Below, one piece after another: positions 25,774 to 38,001 of a stretch of DNA of 64,000 nt (its first letter is position 1; the number at the start of each line of letters is the position of its first letter). The DNA is taken from assembly GCA_965644295.1 (NCBI GenBank), contig CBFFRP010000297.1:868001-932000 (forward strand), given 5' to 3'. The translations under genes were made by a program, and so were the position numbers. The notes under the pieces are model-generated. The model did no database searches. It had not been told where the DNA came from and saw only the letters and a program-made list of their open reading frames with translations. This DNA is from Paraphysomonas bandaiensis (lineage: Eukaryota; Protista; Chrysophyceae).

Positions 25774-28700
25774 ATGGAGACTCAAAAGATAGATCTCTGT
25801 GATTCATTGATAGAGGAAGATAATCGTGGTCCAGTGGTTGGTAGTTTGACATGGAAAGAGAGAGTGTATCCTCTATATAATGGTGATAATATAATCGGAC
25901 GAGGGAGTCAGTGTGATGTCATCATTGACCACTCTACTGTATCAGATACACACTGTGAGATAGTCATTGCAGATAATAAAGCAATATGTAGAGATTTGGT
26001 AAGTTATCTATTGTTTTATTTATCATGAAGGATATCACTGTGCTGTATGCTTATATACATGTATGTAGAGGTCTAGTAATATCATGATGGATATCACTGT
26101 GCTGTGTATACTTATATATATGTATGTAGAGGTCTAGTAATGGGACTTTTATTGAGAACTATCCGCCAGGTTCTAGAGACTTTGTGCAATTAGCACGAAG
26201 CCAAAAAGTGGAAGTGCGAAATGGCTGTGCTGTAAGATTCGGTATCATTCATTGTTCGTTCTCTTTTCGAAGTATTATGAATATGGAAACTCAGCCACAA
26301 GATGAATATGCTGTTCCAGATTCCCCAGAAGATGATGCACATATATCTCTCAATCTGGGAGGTATTACTGGGTTGGAAGCGCACGCAGCGGCACGTGCTG
26401 TTTTTGATGAGCCTACGCAGTGTATGCCGGGCGTATGCGATCCTCCCAGTGGACGGTTATCAAGCAAAAAAGACAATACCGTTCGGAGTGGAACTGGAGT
26501 ATTTGATGCGGAAACTCAGTTTCCAGGCGACTTGCTTCAGGGATCTCACACGGTAGTAGATTCCCCTACCCAAGTGGTGGAGGATGATGATGAGCACACT
26601 GTCGTGGGTGATGAGACAGATGTCGACGGTGACGACGCTGCCGAAGGCGACGGGATAACTGGTGGAGGAGTTCAAGTTTCCATCTCATCGACTTCTTTAC
26701 AGGCTACCTGTTCTACCTCAAAACTGACAGATACTAGATTGGAAAAAGATGACGAGTCCTCCTGTAGCAGCAGTTCTGAGTCTCAGGACCTAATGAACAG
26801 TCCCAAGCAGATTGATGATGATGTCATTCGCTTGATACTCCCAAGTGACCAATTAGCGTGCTCCCCTACTCCACAGGATCCCTCCTTGCATACAGTGTCA
26901 AAGGAACATGCGCACAGCACGGTGACTGTCCAGGATACTGATACCTCTTCTATTGTATCTGCTTCTCCACTTATTCGAGTTCCACCGAAAACAGGGCGAG
27001 TGAAAGTGTTGGGTCCTGGCTGCGACGAGTCTAATTGCTCCCCTGCCGAACTGCATAGCGCTGATACTAGTGTAACAGGAAAAACAGCTACATTACCACA
27101 TGTTCTGGTGCCAGATGTTGCTGTTCGTCATACATCCCAATCATTAAATGACACGAACGTCGAGGATAAAACCGCCCTCAGTGAGGATGATATGAGCACA
27201 TGCCCTCAGAATGTGCCGGAGATTAATTCTGTTAGATCATTAACATCATCATCGCAAAGCACTGCGCCACAGGAAGTACAAGATATTGCGCATACACGAG
27301 ACTTGTGTACGAAGTATGAGGACAAGACGCCGTGCTCACGCACTGTGGGGGAAGCTAAATCAGAGAAGTGTTCCCCTGTCAAATCTACGGAGGTTTCTGT
27401 AGCGGAGCAATCACGGCAAGCGACAGGTAAAAACAACACTACTCTCGGCCCAGTCTCTTTCTATGAACCACAGCAGGAAGAGGCTGAAACACGCTTAAGT
27501 ACAGTAGAAAATTCAAAAGAAGCTAAAGCCAGACAGTCCTCTGACACAGCTTCTGGAATTGCTAAGGGAAGGAAGCAGTCTAGTCGTGATATAGAGGGGG
27601 ATTCTGTATCGGAGGTGGAGGCTAGTTCTACTAGATCAACGAGGGGGAAATCTGTAAAGTCCACGTCATCTAATTCTTCACAACCTGTAGAGAATGATAC
27701 AACTGGAAATTCTTCACCTGGAATTGCGAAGGGAAGGAAGCAGTCTAGTCGTGATATAGAGGGGGATTCTGTATCGGAGGTGGAGGCTAGTTCTACTAGA
27801 TCAACGAGGGGGAAATCTGTAAAGTCCACGTCATCTAATTCTTCACAGCCTGTAGAGAATGATACAACTGGAAATTCTTCATCTGGAATTGCTAAGGGAA
27901 GGAAACGGCCACGTCGGGATATAGAGGGGGATTCTGTATCGGAGGTGGAGGCTAGTTCTACTAGATCAACGAGGGGGAAATCTGTAAAGTCCACATCATC
28001 TAATTCTTCACAACCAATAGAGGGAGATATAGAGGATGATTCAACTGGAAATTCTTCATCTGGAATTGCGAAGGGAAGGAAGCAGTCTAGTCGTGATATA
28101 GAGGGGGATTCTGTATCGGAGGTGAAGGCTAGTTCTACTAGATCAACGAGGGGGAAATCTGTAAAGTCCGCGTCATCTAATTCTTCACCACCTGTAGAGA
28201 ATGATACAACTGGAAATTCTTCATCTGGAATTGCGAAGGGAAGGAAGCAGTCTAGTCGTGATATAGAGGGGGATTCTGTATCGGAGGTGGAGGCTAGTTC
28301 TACTAGATCAACGAGGGGGAAATCTGTAAAGTCCACATCATCTAATTCTTCACAACCAATAGAGGGAGATATAGAGGATGATTCAACTGGAAATTCTTCA
28401 TCTGGAATTGCGAAGGGAAGGAAGCAGTCTAGTCGTGATATAGAGGGGGATTCTGTATCGGAGGTGAAGGCTAGTTCTACTAGATCAACGAGGGGGAAAT
28501 CTATAAAGTCCACGTCATCTAATTCTTCACAACCTGTAGAGAATGATACAACTGGAAATTCTTCATCTGGAATTGCGAAGGGAAGGAAACGGCCACGTCG
28601 TGATATAGAGGGGGATTCTGGATCGGTAGTAGGAATTTCCGTTGCAAGTGATTCTGTAAACTTGTCTCGAAAAGGTGTCCAGAAGTCATTGCAAGAGAAC

Positions 28701-29438
28701 TGTGTACGGAATGAATCATCTGGGTTGGAGTCTTTCTGCAGAGACAGTAGCAGTGATGTAACCCCTGTGCGTATATTATTTACAGGGGTAGATAGGGACG
28801 AGGAAATGGAGCGCATGGTTCGTTGCATTGGTGCTGAAATTGTGAATGATCCACTGGATGGCGCAACACACTGTATCACCGCCAATGCACTGAAACGAAC
28901 ACCCAAACTACTCATTTCAATTAATTGTGGTGTAAAGTATGTTGTATCAACACACTGGCTAGTAGATTCTTCGAAGGCAGGACGCCCACTTGACATAAAC
29001 CTTGACGCTCGTGGCAGTGCAGCTTATATCGTGAAAGACCCTAAAAAAGAGAAGCAGTGGAAGTTCAGTTTGGTGGCAACATTGAAGAAGGCCCGCAGCA
29101 GTGTGCCGGGGATATTTAACGGTATATCGTTTTATATTACGAAGGGTGTCTGTGGAAGTGGAGCCCCTCCAACTGAGGAAATGCAACAGATAATAGAATC
29201 AGGAGGTGGCGAGTGGATCACTGTTCTTCCTCGCAGTCGAAAGAAGCAAGACAGCTTCAGTCGACCAATAGTAATATCTTGTGATGGCGCAGCTTCAAAG
29301 GAGATCACCAAAACTGTAATGGACTTCGCTCGTAGTGGGCCTGGTGCTGGTATATACACTGTTGAGTTTGTATTCCTAGCTATACTGCGACAATCTGTCG
29401 AATTCGACTCGGGGCTATTGGAGGGATACTCATTCTAA
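25774..29438 (+). CDS. MDC1: MDC1-like DNA damage mediator (FHA, tandem repeats, tandem BRCT)
   Basis: N-terminus METQKID; FHA IGR...VSDTH...SSNGTF; C-terminal tandem BRCT (ILFTG...KRTPKL...HWL...KDPKKEKQWKFSL...PPTEEMQQIIESGGG) matching the MDC1/PTIP type; one intron. Confidence 0.8.
27552..28625 (+). repeat. Coding tandem repeat, 165/177-bp units (55/59 aa), 6 full copies plus 1 partial
   Basis: Unit GIAKGRKQSSRDIEGDSVSEVEASSTRSTRGKSVKSTSSNSSQP..., near-identical at DNA level. Confidence 0.97.
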
Positions 29439-29914
29439 CCCTTTCAGGGAATTGTTAGTTTCTTTTACATGGTTGTTAATACAGCACTGTACACTATCGT
29501 TTCAGTACCACTGAAGTTGGAATATTCTATATGTATCAATATATACACGAGGCAGTTATTATCACCTTAGCGAGGTTGGTCAGAATTACAATTGCATGAT
29601 GAAGATAGTGAATAGCTTTAGGTGCAATATGTTTTGAATTTTTGAAATATATCACGTTGGAAGTATAATGATTGCAGTTGCGATAAATATATTTTATTCC
29701 AGTTTTAGGAATGTAGGAACTTATACACACGCTATATTTGCCACTGTTACATCTCCTGACATATTCACCTTGTTGAAACTACTAGATACCATACATATCT
29801 TCAGCTGCGATGTACGACTGTCGTGAAAGGCGTCATTTCAGAAAAGTGCTAACAGTGTTGCTATCAGATGTAAAGTTGTACAAGTCATATTCTTTGCAGT
29901 TTTAACCTGAGTTT

Positions 29915-31960
29915 GTATATTGAAAGTCTTATTATTAGCAATAGGTGTTAAAAACCTGCACCAACTTATATATTGAAAGTCTTGTTATTTAGCAATAGGC
30001 GTTAAAAACTCGTGCCAATATAGTGGCTAGTTGAATGCTAGACATACTAGTTAGACCTCTACCCATAACTATTCAGCACAAATTCTATTATCCTACTATT
30101 TAGCGCTTGTGCGTCGCCGCAAGCACCAAGGTGCGACCACTTCCGTTCTTAATGTTGAGTGTGAGTTGCGCCATGATAGTGTGTCCTAGGACTCACTGGC
30201 GCGTGTTGTCCGGGGGTCTCCCCTTGGGATAAGATTCCTAGTAATCTTAGCACCCTTGGGAGTTTCCATCTCTCTCTATGTTTTGGACGCGGTCGCGGTA
30301 GTAGCCTAGGGGGTCCTTTCTGTAGGGTCACGTATCGTCTACTTCGATCTTGGATCATTAGCTTTGCTGCAGCGAAAAGCGGTAGAAGCAATCTGATGAC
30401 CGCTGATTTGATGCTGCACAGTCCTTTCTTGGGGTGTCAATGAATCATGGATGTGATCTCCAAAAACCGTCTCGAGTTGCTGCACCAACTTAGTAGCTAG
30501 ATGAATGCTAGAAAAACTAGCTAGACCTCTACCTGTAACTAATCAGTACACACTATTTTTATCCTACTATTTAACGCTACGGAAGCTGCTTGTGCGTCGC
30601 CGCAAGCACCAAGGTGCGACCACTTCTGCTCTGAGTTCTTAAGGTGAACATCCCGGATGCTTGACTTCAGCAGGTAGTCAAAAATACCCCGGTTACCCTT
30701 CAGGTGGGCCCTGTCCCGGAGGCCCTTGAGGTGGGCCCATTCCCGGATGCCTGTTTATTCGTCACGCCCAAAGACGTCTACACAAGTGACACACATATAT
30801 GTGTCCTTTGTACCACACAAGCATTTGGCTATGAGTGGGCAGAAGAATATCTGCTGACTATGTTTGCGGCTCACGTTAGTTTCCCAGATGGAAACACCAC
30901 GAAAAGGTGCGAGTCCGACTTTGTTGAGGGCTTATACGCTTCCGTCGTGGAAAAGTGACACAGTGATTTTAGGCTTCTCTAATAAATTACTCTGTTAAAA
31001 TTTAATGTACTTTGAATATATCGTAACCCCTTACGCATATAGCAATGCTACCAGGCTTTCGTTACAGGAGGTTCAGCACAGAAAAAGACAATAATGTTGA
31101 GAAATAAGCGGTTTACAGACTTCCCTATATACTATCTTTAGTTTACAGGCTCAGTCTTGTTTTTGTTCCTACTAAAAGCTAAAAAGTAGCATTTTATACT
31201 ACTATTTTCATCTGATCCTATACTAAGCTAAGAATAGTAGTTCAGCCCTCAACAAAGTCGGTCTCTAATTTTTTCGTGGTGTTCTGGGGGGTAAGTACCA
31301 AAGATACTTCTCCGGGATACTAGCGTAAGCCGCATATATAGTCAGCAGGTAGTCAAATGTTTGTGTGGTACAAAGGACACATATAGGTGTCACTTGTGTA
31401 GACGTCTTTGGGCCCTGGCTAATAAACCGGCATCCGAGAATGGGCCCATCTCAGAGGTAACCGGGATATTGGGCTGCCTGCTGAAGTCAAGCATTTGGGC
31501 TGTTCACCTTGTAGTGACTTAAAAATCTTGAAGTCAGCTGATGTCAGCTATATTAACATTCTGCTTGCTCACTGCGTTTTGCTTTGAGTGTGATAAAGCA
31601 AATGTGGTTACACCTTGGTGCTTGCGGTGACGCACAAGCAGCTTTAACGTTGTTAAATTGTAAGATATTAGTGAAAAGCACTGGGTAGTTAAATTGCAAT
31701 ACTAAATTATTACTCTTAAACGCCTATTGCTAATAAAAAGATATTCACAACTATTCTGTCTGGGGCTCCACCATCTGCACCTACAGTATGCAGAATTCCT
31801 CGTTAGTAGGCAGTATGTGCGCTCGTGCTTGAAAGGTAGACACGACCGCATCTTCGTATGGGGTCCATGGCCATGTCAAGATGTGGAAGGTGGAGCCCCA
31901 GCCAGAATATCTATAATCTATATTAAAAGTCTTATTATTTAGCAATAGGCGTTAAAAATC
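29915..31960. mobile_element. Cluster of truncated retroposon-like repeat copies in both orientations
   Basis: Terminal motif TTAACGCCTATTGCTAAATAAnAAGAC occurs 4 times. A ~150-bp block is repeated at ~30010-30150 and ~30480-30630. ~30570-30931 is inverted relative to ~31245-31660. Confidence 0.65.
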
Positions 31961-32040
31961 TATAATCTATATGTACCGCCTACTATCTACGTACTTTTTC
32001 TCTTCGCCTAATTCCCTAGCTTACTCAGCACCTTTTAGTA

Positions 32041-32191
32041 CGTATCGGCAGTCAGCGCCATATTTTTCGGAAATAAATTGAAGCAAAACTCCTCTATATT
32101 ACTGAAATACAACTACGGCTAGAATACAGATAATTGTTGCCTCAATATTTGAGGCATCTTGGAACAAAGTTACACAAAGGATGCCGATACG
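32041..32191 (+). mobile_element. ~150-bp MITE family A, copy 4 (best preserved)
   Basis: Perfect 10-bp TIR CGTATCGGCA/TGCCGATACG, TA/TA flanks, internal hairpin GCCTCAA-TAT-TTGAGGC. Confidence 0.9.
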
Positions 32192-32544
32192 TACGTGCGT
32201 ACCGCTGTCATATACGTTTTCTTTGATAACAACGTCTCTGTTAAGTACAAGGTAGCTGTTGCGTTTTTAAGTACAAATATTTTAGAAGCTTTTCACTGAT
32301 ATTGTCGCTAAGTCTTAATTATTAATAGTAGTATGACTGTACTAATTCAAAATTTCAGTCATATCTAGCTAGCAAAGAGCTACAGCGTCAGATACCGATT
32401 CAAACCATCTAGCAGTGATTCGGATACGGCTACCACGATTTTGACCTTAATTCGGTTGATGATATGATATAGTACTTTAATTCGACTTTTTTAACATACA
32501 ATACACTGTTATTACAACATTAGACCACGTCAAAACGGCATCAA

Positions 32545-35500
32545 TTAAAGTGAACCAGTCCATTTTCGAATAACGCTATATCTTTCATCTCCATATGAGC
32601 GCATACGTTCCAGAACACTGGTAACATCAATTGTTCCCACTTCTTCCTTTGTCCCAGCTACATTAACGGGACGGTACACAGATTTCAGGAGATGGTCATG
32701 GTCTCTACGCCAAAGTTTCGGAAACACAAGACCATTAAACTCTCCCTCTTGGCCAAAAGTACAACCCAGTGGTCCGACTCCAGATTCACAGAGGTTATAC
32801 CACGCTAACAAGTCTTCATGCAAAATAACTTCGCCAAGTTGCATTTCATCCAACATTCTCTTCGTCACGCAAATCTGTTCATCATTCATATGCGATGGTT
32901 GAAATATATTCACTGTGGGTACAATTTGGTCATCGGGTGGGGGCACCACAAGCCGATCCTCTCGAACCACAATCGTATCAGAAGCCAATTGCCACTGGTG
33001 ACAAATTGGAACGTTATTCTCGATACACTCTCTAATCATTGCCACCAATCTTTCTGTTGTCGCATGCTCGGCCTCTGTCCTCTCTGCAATAGTTTGTTGC
33101 ATTTGCTCCATGATCAAAGATTCTTGATTTTCCAGCCACTCCGTTTGGGCATTTATAACATCTGCAGCCATCTTGATCACGTGTTCAAATCGATCTGTCT
33201 CATGCTATGGTAAAAAGTTAATATATATTAGGTAAAATGTGACATTGCTCACCCACACAGCCTTTTCTATGGCAGATGCCAAATCTTCGTCACCACCGTA
33301 GATTTCTCTGTCTACTTTGAAGCTACTACGTGACCACGTCTCACAGAATCCCAAAGCATTCTGAGAACACATCGAAAACGGATTGTCTGCAGATGCATCG
33401 TCTGCTCCTTTCTTACCCTTGCTCTAAGATGAAAAGCGTCATGTGCATGCGGACATAAAAACAATACCAACCTTGCTGCCCCCATTCTTCTCCTTTTTCT
33501 TCCCTTTGCCGGCATCTTCATCAGAACCCGCAACATTTGCTGGTTCTGGAAGTATCGACATATCTTCCCATAAAACAGGAGGGGCGAGAGGTAATCGTAC
33601 ATTATTTCCACCCTTTCCTTTCTTATCTTTTTCTTTCCCACCCTTCCCCGAAACTGTCTCATCAGCAGGCTTTGTGGGATCTACAGCAGGTGATACCTCC
33701 TCCAAGACCTGATTGTATTGGTGAACACAATCATAAGATGATACCGAGCGCATGTAATCGAATAACACGTTCAGTCCCGCAACAAACAGACTGATATATG
33801 ACTGAAGTAGAGCCGCCCCTTCAGATTGTACATTATGGATCAAGACATTCGTAGCTGCATCCATGGACAGGTTTTGAAGAACAGAGTTGGCTTTCTTAGC
33901 CTTTTCATCCGATATATCCAAAAATACTTCCCGAAGTTCCAAAGACCGTAAATACAACTCATTCATAAGATCAGAGTCAAACCGAAAGTCATTCTCAAAT
34001 GAGTTAAAATTGTCCCGAAATTCATCAAATATCTGTTGTTTGTTATCCCGTAACAGTAATTGTGTAATTGTAGCATGTCTGATTGCCCCACGCCGTTGCA
34101 CCATGTGGTAATGGGTTTCTCGCATAGCAGAGAAAAATTGACGACATGCTTCCTGCATTTGGAACTCTCCTTGAAACCATACGTTAGATAACACTTGGGC
34201 AAGCGAAGGAGATAACTCTCCCTCGCGTATAATTATCGGAGCAGCCTCTGACATTTCTACAACTGCTTCCGCATCAGTGCTTTCCACACCATTATCCTCA
34301 GACATTTCCTTGTCAGCGTTGCAGTCGGTGGAAGATGGCTCTGGTACCGATTTACTATCCTTCCATTCTCGAATGCTTACCAAAACAGCTTCCACGGTAG
34401 CATCAATATCATTAGCATCAACGGCAATGCCTTCAGCAACTCCAAGTGAGCTCATACTCTCGCGTATTGGTTCCACTGAATACGATGACGTAGCAACATC
34501 CAGAGAGAGTGTGTCCATAGCATACTTTGGAGTCACCAGTTCGGCCAAGGTGTCTACGTGGACAGTGTCGTCAGTCAATGTAACAACTTCACCTGTTCGA
34601 AGATCCTTCCGTTGACGGATACGACTTGTGGTAATAAATTCAGGGTCAACATCGAAGAAAAATACTTTATCCAGTCCACATTGAGTACAGTCAAAGGGTA
34701 TATCTTCTCTCTCTATCGTTGAGAGAAAAGGTGAGGCCTTGTCTTTCATTTGAGGTCGTTTCGAGTCATAGTCAACATTGGATAAAGCAATCACAAGCTT
34801 TGACGCTTGTTCCTTGGTGTTTGGAAAGTCTTCAATTACAAAACCAGGACATGAAGGATCAAGTGAACTTATAGCATCAACTAAAAGTGAAACATACTGG
34901 TCATCATCAGTAACATTTCCCTTTGCTGCGTCATTGTAGATATTGAAGGCGAGCTGTTCACTGTCCGACATTGGGCTGCTTCTTTGACTTGAAAAAATCT
35001 CTTTTCCTATTGTAAGAGCTTGAGAAACAAGCTCTTCTACACGTAGCACAGAAAGGTTATATTCTTTCTCCATTGCTGCTGCGACAGACTTTTTTACAAA
35101 CTCTGACGACCCGCAGAGAGCTATTCTCATTGACAAAGGTTGAATATTGTCCGGTGCAGTGGGATGGGGATCCACAGGATCAGCTGTGCAGCGTACACAT
35201 AGAATCACCTCACCAAGTAAACAATGAGATGGTACATTTAATATCCACGGGGGAGGAACAATTTTTACTCTTGCTTCCTCTTCTTCAGTCGCACCTTTCT
35301 TACCTTTTTCCTTTCCATTGGATTTATCTTTGGATTTACCTCCTTTGTCTGATATTTCCTCCACAGGAAGAGGCTCAAACGACGAAATCGCAGTAGAAAA
35401 AGCACTTGCATCCTGTTTCATTAAATGTTCTGAAAATAGAGATGGTGAAATGACATCTGCTTTCTCGAATGCGTCTTTTTCAGCAACAATCTCCTCGACT

Positions 35501-37209
35501 GTGTCGGCCTCCTCACCAATCATATTTTCACCAGATGCATCAGTCATGAAGTCATTCCCTCTGAATGGGCCTGCTAGCAGCCAGGATAGTTGGGGACACT
35601 TTGGTTTCCAGGAGAGGGACAGTGGGTACTGATCGAACACATTCATACTTTCTGGAACCGGAAGAGCAAGTGGAATTAATAAATCTTCAGCTACATACAT
35701 TCCACTGACATCGCTCATAATCGTCTGAGGTAGGAGCGACGTGGGCCCTTCAAGATCTGTCCCACCACGATATGCGCCCAGCGCACGCATGTTCACTATC
35801 CAATCTGTAAGGTCAAGAACACGGTCTATCTCTGCCCAGGCAAGTTCAATAATTTCCTGGGAACGAGCTGCCTCCATCGCCTCCTTCAATACGCGAAGCC
35901 TATTTTCCTGAGCCTCCACGCGGTTGCACACAACCCAATCCCTTTCAAGTTTCGCATCGCGAGCACGGCACTGATCTGTAAAGAGAGAATTCTCCGCTTC
36001 ACGATTCTTAATTAGTGATTGTCGATTGCATGCATTCTGCTTGAACATATTCTTATGAACCATTGCTCTCATACGTGCGATTTTCTCTACTTCCTCCATT
36101 TCACTAGTCTGTAGCACCTGGGTGAATATTTCACCTTCCGCTTCAGTTTGCAATATTGAGGAGTGGTACGACTCGCGCAAACGAACAAAGCGCTTGCGCC
36201 GTCTATCATGTTCTTGCTGTCGGAGCAAGAGCCTTTCATTGCGATCACTCATTTCTTTCTGATTTCGAATCATGCCCTCGCGAAGTGTTTCTTCATTCAA
36301 ATAAGATAACTCTGGAATTCCGGTACCCTCTTCTCCACCTGCCGACTTGAGGGTCAATGTGTCCACCGCAGCACTACTCCCTTCATCGCCTTTTTTCATG
36401 TCGGCCAGTCGTTGCTCAAAGTCATCGATACTTGCTATAGACTTATCCCGGGCAGAAGTATTCTCCATTGCTTTTCTCGACTCTTTCCGGCGAGTTAATT
36501 CAGCAGTCACAGATTGGGTCAAGTTTCGTCGCGCACGTGCTCGTATTTGATTCCTTTTCCACTGCTCTTTGTTGATATGATCCCATGTTTGCTGGAATTC
36601 CTTCTCGTGGCGGTTTCTTTCCCGAGTCATAGCCTTCTTGCGCTCCAGCTCAAATTTCATCTCGCTCAGCTGTCGTGAATGCGAATCTGAAACGCTCTGA
36701 CGAAAAGTTTGATTCATATCAGTAAACCGATGAGTTGCTCTTTCCATAAGCACATCATTTGGATTTTCTATCATAGAACGAATCGCATTTTCGAATGTTA
36801 TGGATTTTGTCTTGTCGTAATGTGGAACACTCGGTTTAATGATTTGCATAATATTTTTCATTTGTCCACTATCAACAGACTTACTCATCTTCTGTGCACC
36901 TTCAAGAACAGTTCTAATTTCATATAACAAAGTCTTCATTGTCCCTGGTTTTGCATGCATGATATCAAAAGCAACTTGAGAGTTAAAAAACACTCCAATT
37001 TGACGCATTGTTGGCTCTAATAAACAAAAATTTGTGATCTTAGCATCAGGAGTGTCTTTATCAGTAAATTTATCGAAGTGATGTTGTTGATTATATTTAT
37101 ATAGTAGCTCTCCAAGTAAATAACCATTTCTAAAGTCTTCAGCAATAGATGTTACATCTTGTGATAACTGAACCTCTTCATTAAGCCAATGTAATAATAT
37201 TCTTGCCAT
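32545..37209 (-). CDS. SPEF2: Sperm flagellar protein 2 / CPC1-like central-pair protein
   Basis: N-terminal CH domain (WLNEEV...DFRNGYLLGELL...NFCLLEPTM), coiled coil, adenylate-kinase-like domain (GFVIEDFPNTKEQA); two 3' introns. Confidence 0.88.
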
Positions 37210-38001
37210 ATTCTTATCAGAGATATATGAGTATTACAAATAACTTCAATAGTTTATATGAATCAATTCATTTCTATTCATTTCATAGCAAGTAATTGTA
37301 AGTATAGAAGATTGCATGTCAATGTCTCCCTATATATACACAGATGAGTGGTATGTAGGAGGATATGTACGAGGAGTTCCATACATAACGTACATACATA
37401 CATACATACATACATACACAGTGACTGCTGCAGTACAGTGCAATGATCAAAAAAAAAGAAACGGTTTAGTGAAGGAAATGTAACGTTTATTGAATGGAGA
37501 ATACGGTGTACTACGGACTGTATGACTTGTTTATGTAAGATGGTAGATGCTATATGTACGTGTATATGTATATATAGATGTATGAGTGTGATTAGGTATG
37601 TATGTATATTTGTATAGGTACGTATGTATATGTGTATAGGTACGTATGTATATGTATATATATATGTGTGTAGTAGTATGGGGCTGATCCTCCCTCAGTA
37701 CACACACACAGTGATATCAGTACAGTGTGTATCTCCAGCAGTGTGTATGTATGTACATCGTCTCTATATAGTACTATACAATGAAGCTACTCTACACATG
37801 CAGACAGTAACCACCAGGGGGACAATCTCATAGTACTCAATCGAATCCAATCACATCATTACAATGTACTAGATCTCTCCTCTCCCCCTCCTATATCCCT
37901 CTATCTTTACCCCCATATATCCCTATGATTTAAACCCATTCAACCCTCTAGTTACCTACATACACTACACTACAACGCATACATACATACATACACACAT
38001 C

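Noticed and set aside
27552-28625. Possible CRISPR-like array
   Set aside because: Units are contiguous in-frame coding repeats without unique spacers, in a eukaryotic gene, with no cas genes.
27461-28996. 511-aa antisense ORF
   Set aside because: Shadow of the MDC1-like coding repeat; no independent coding signal.
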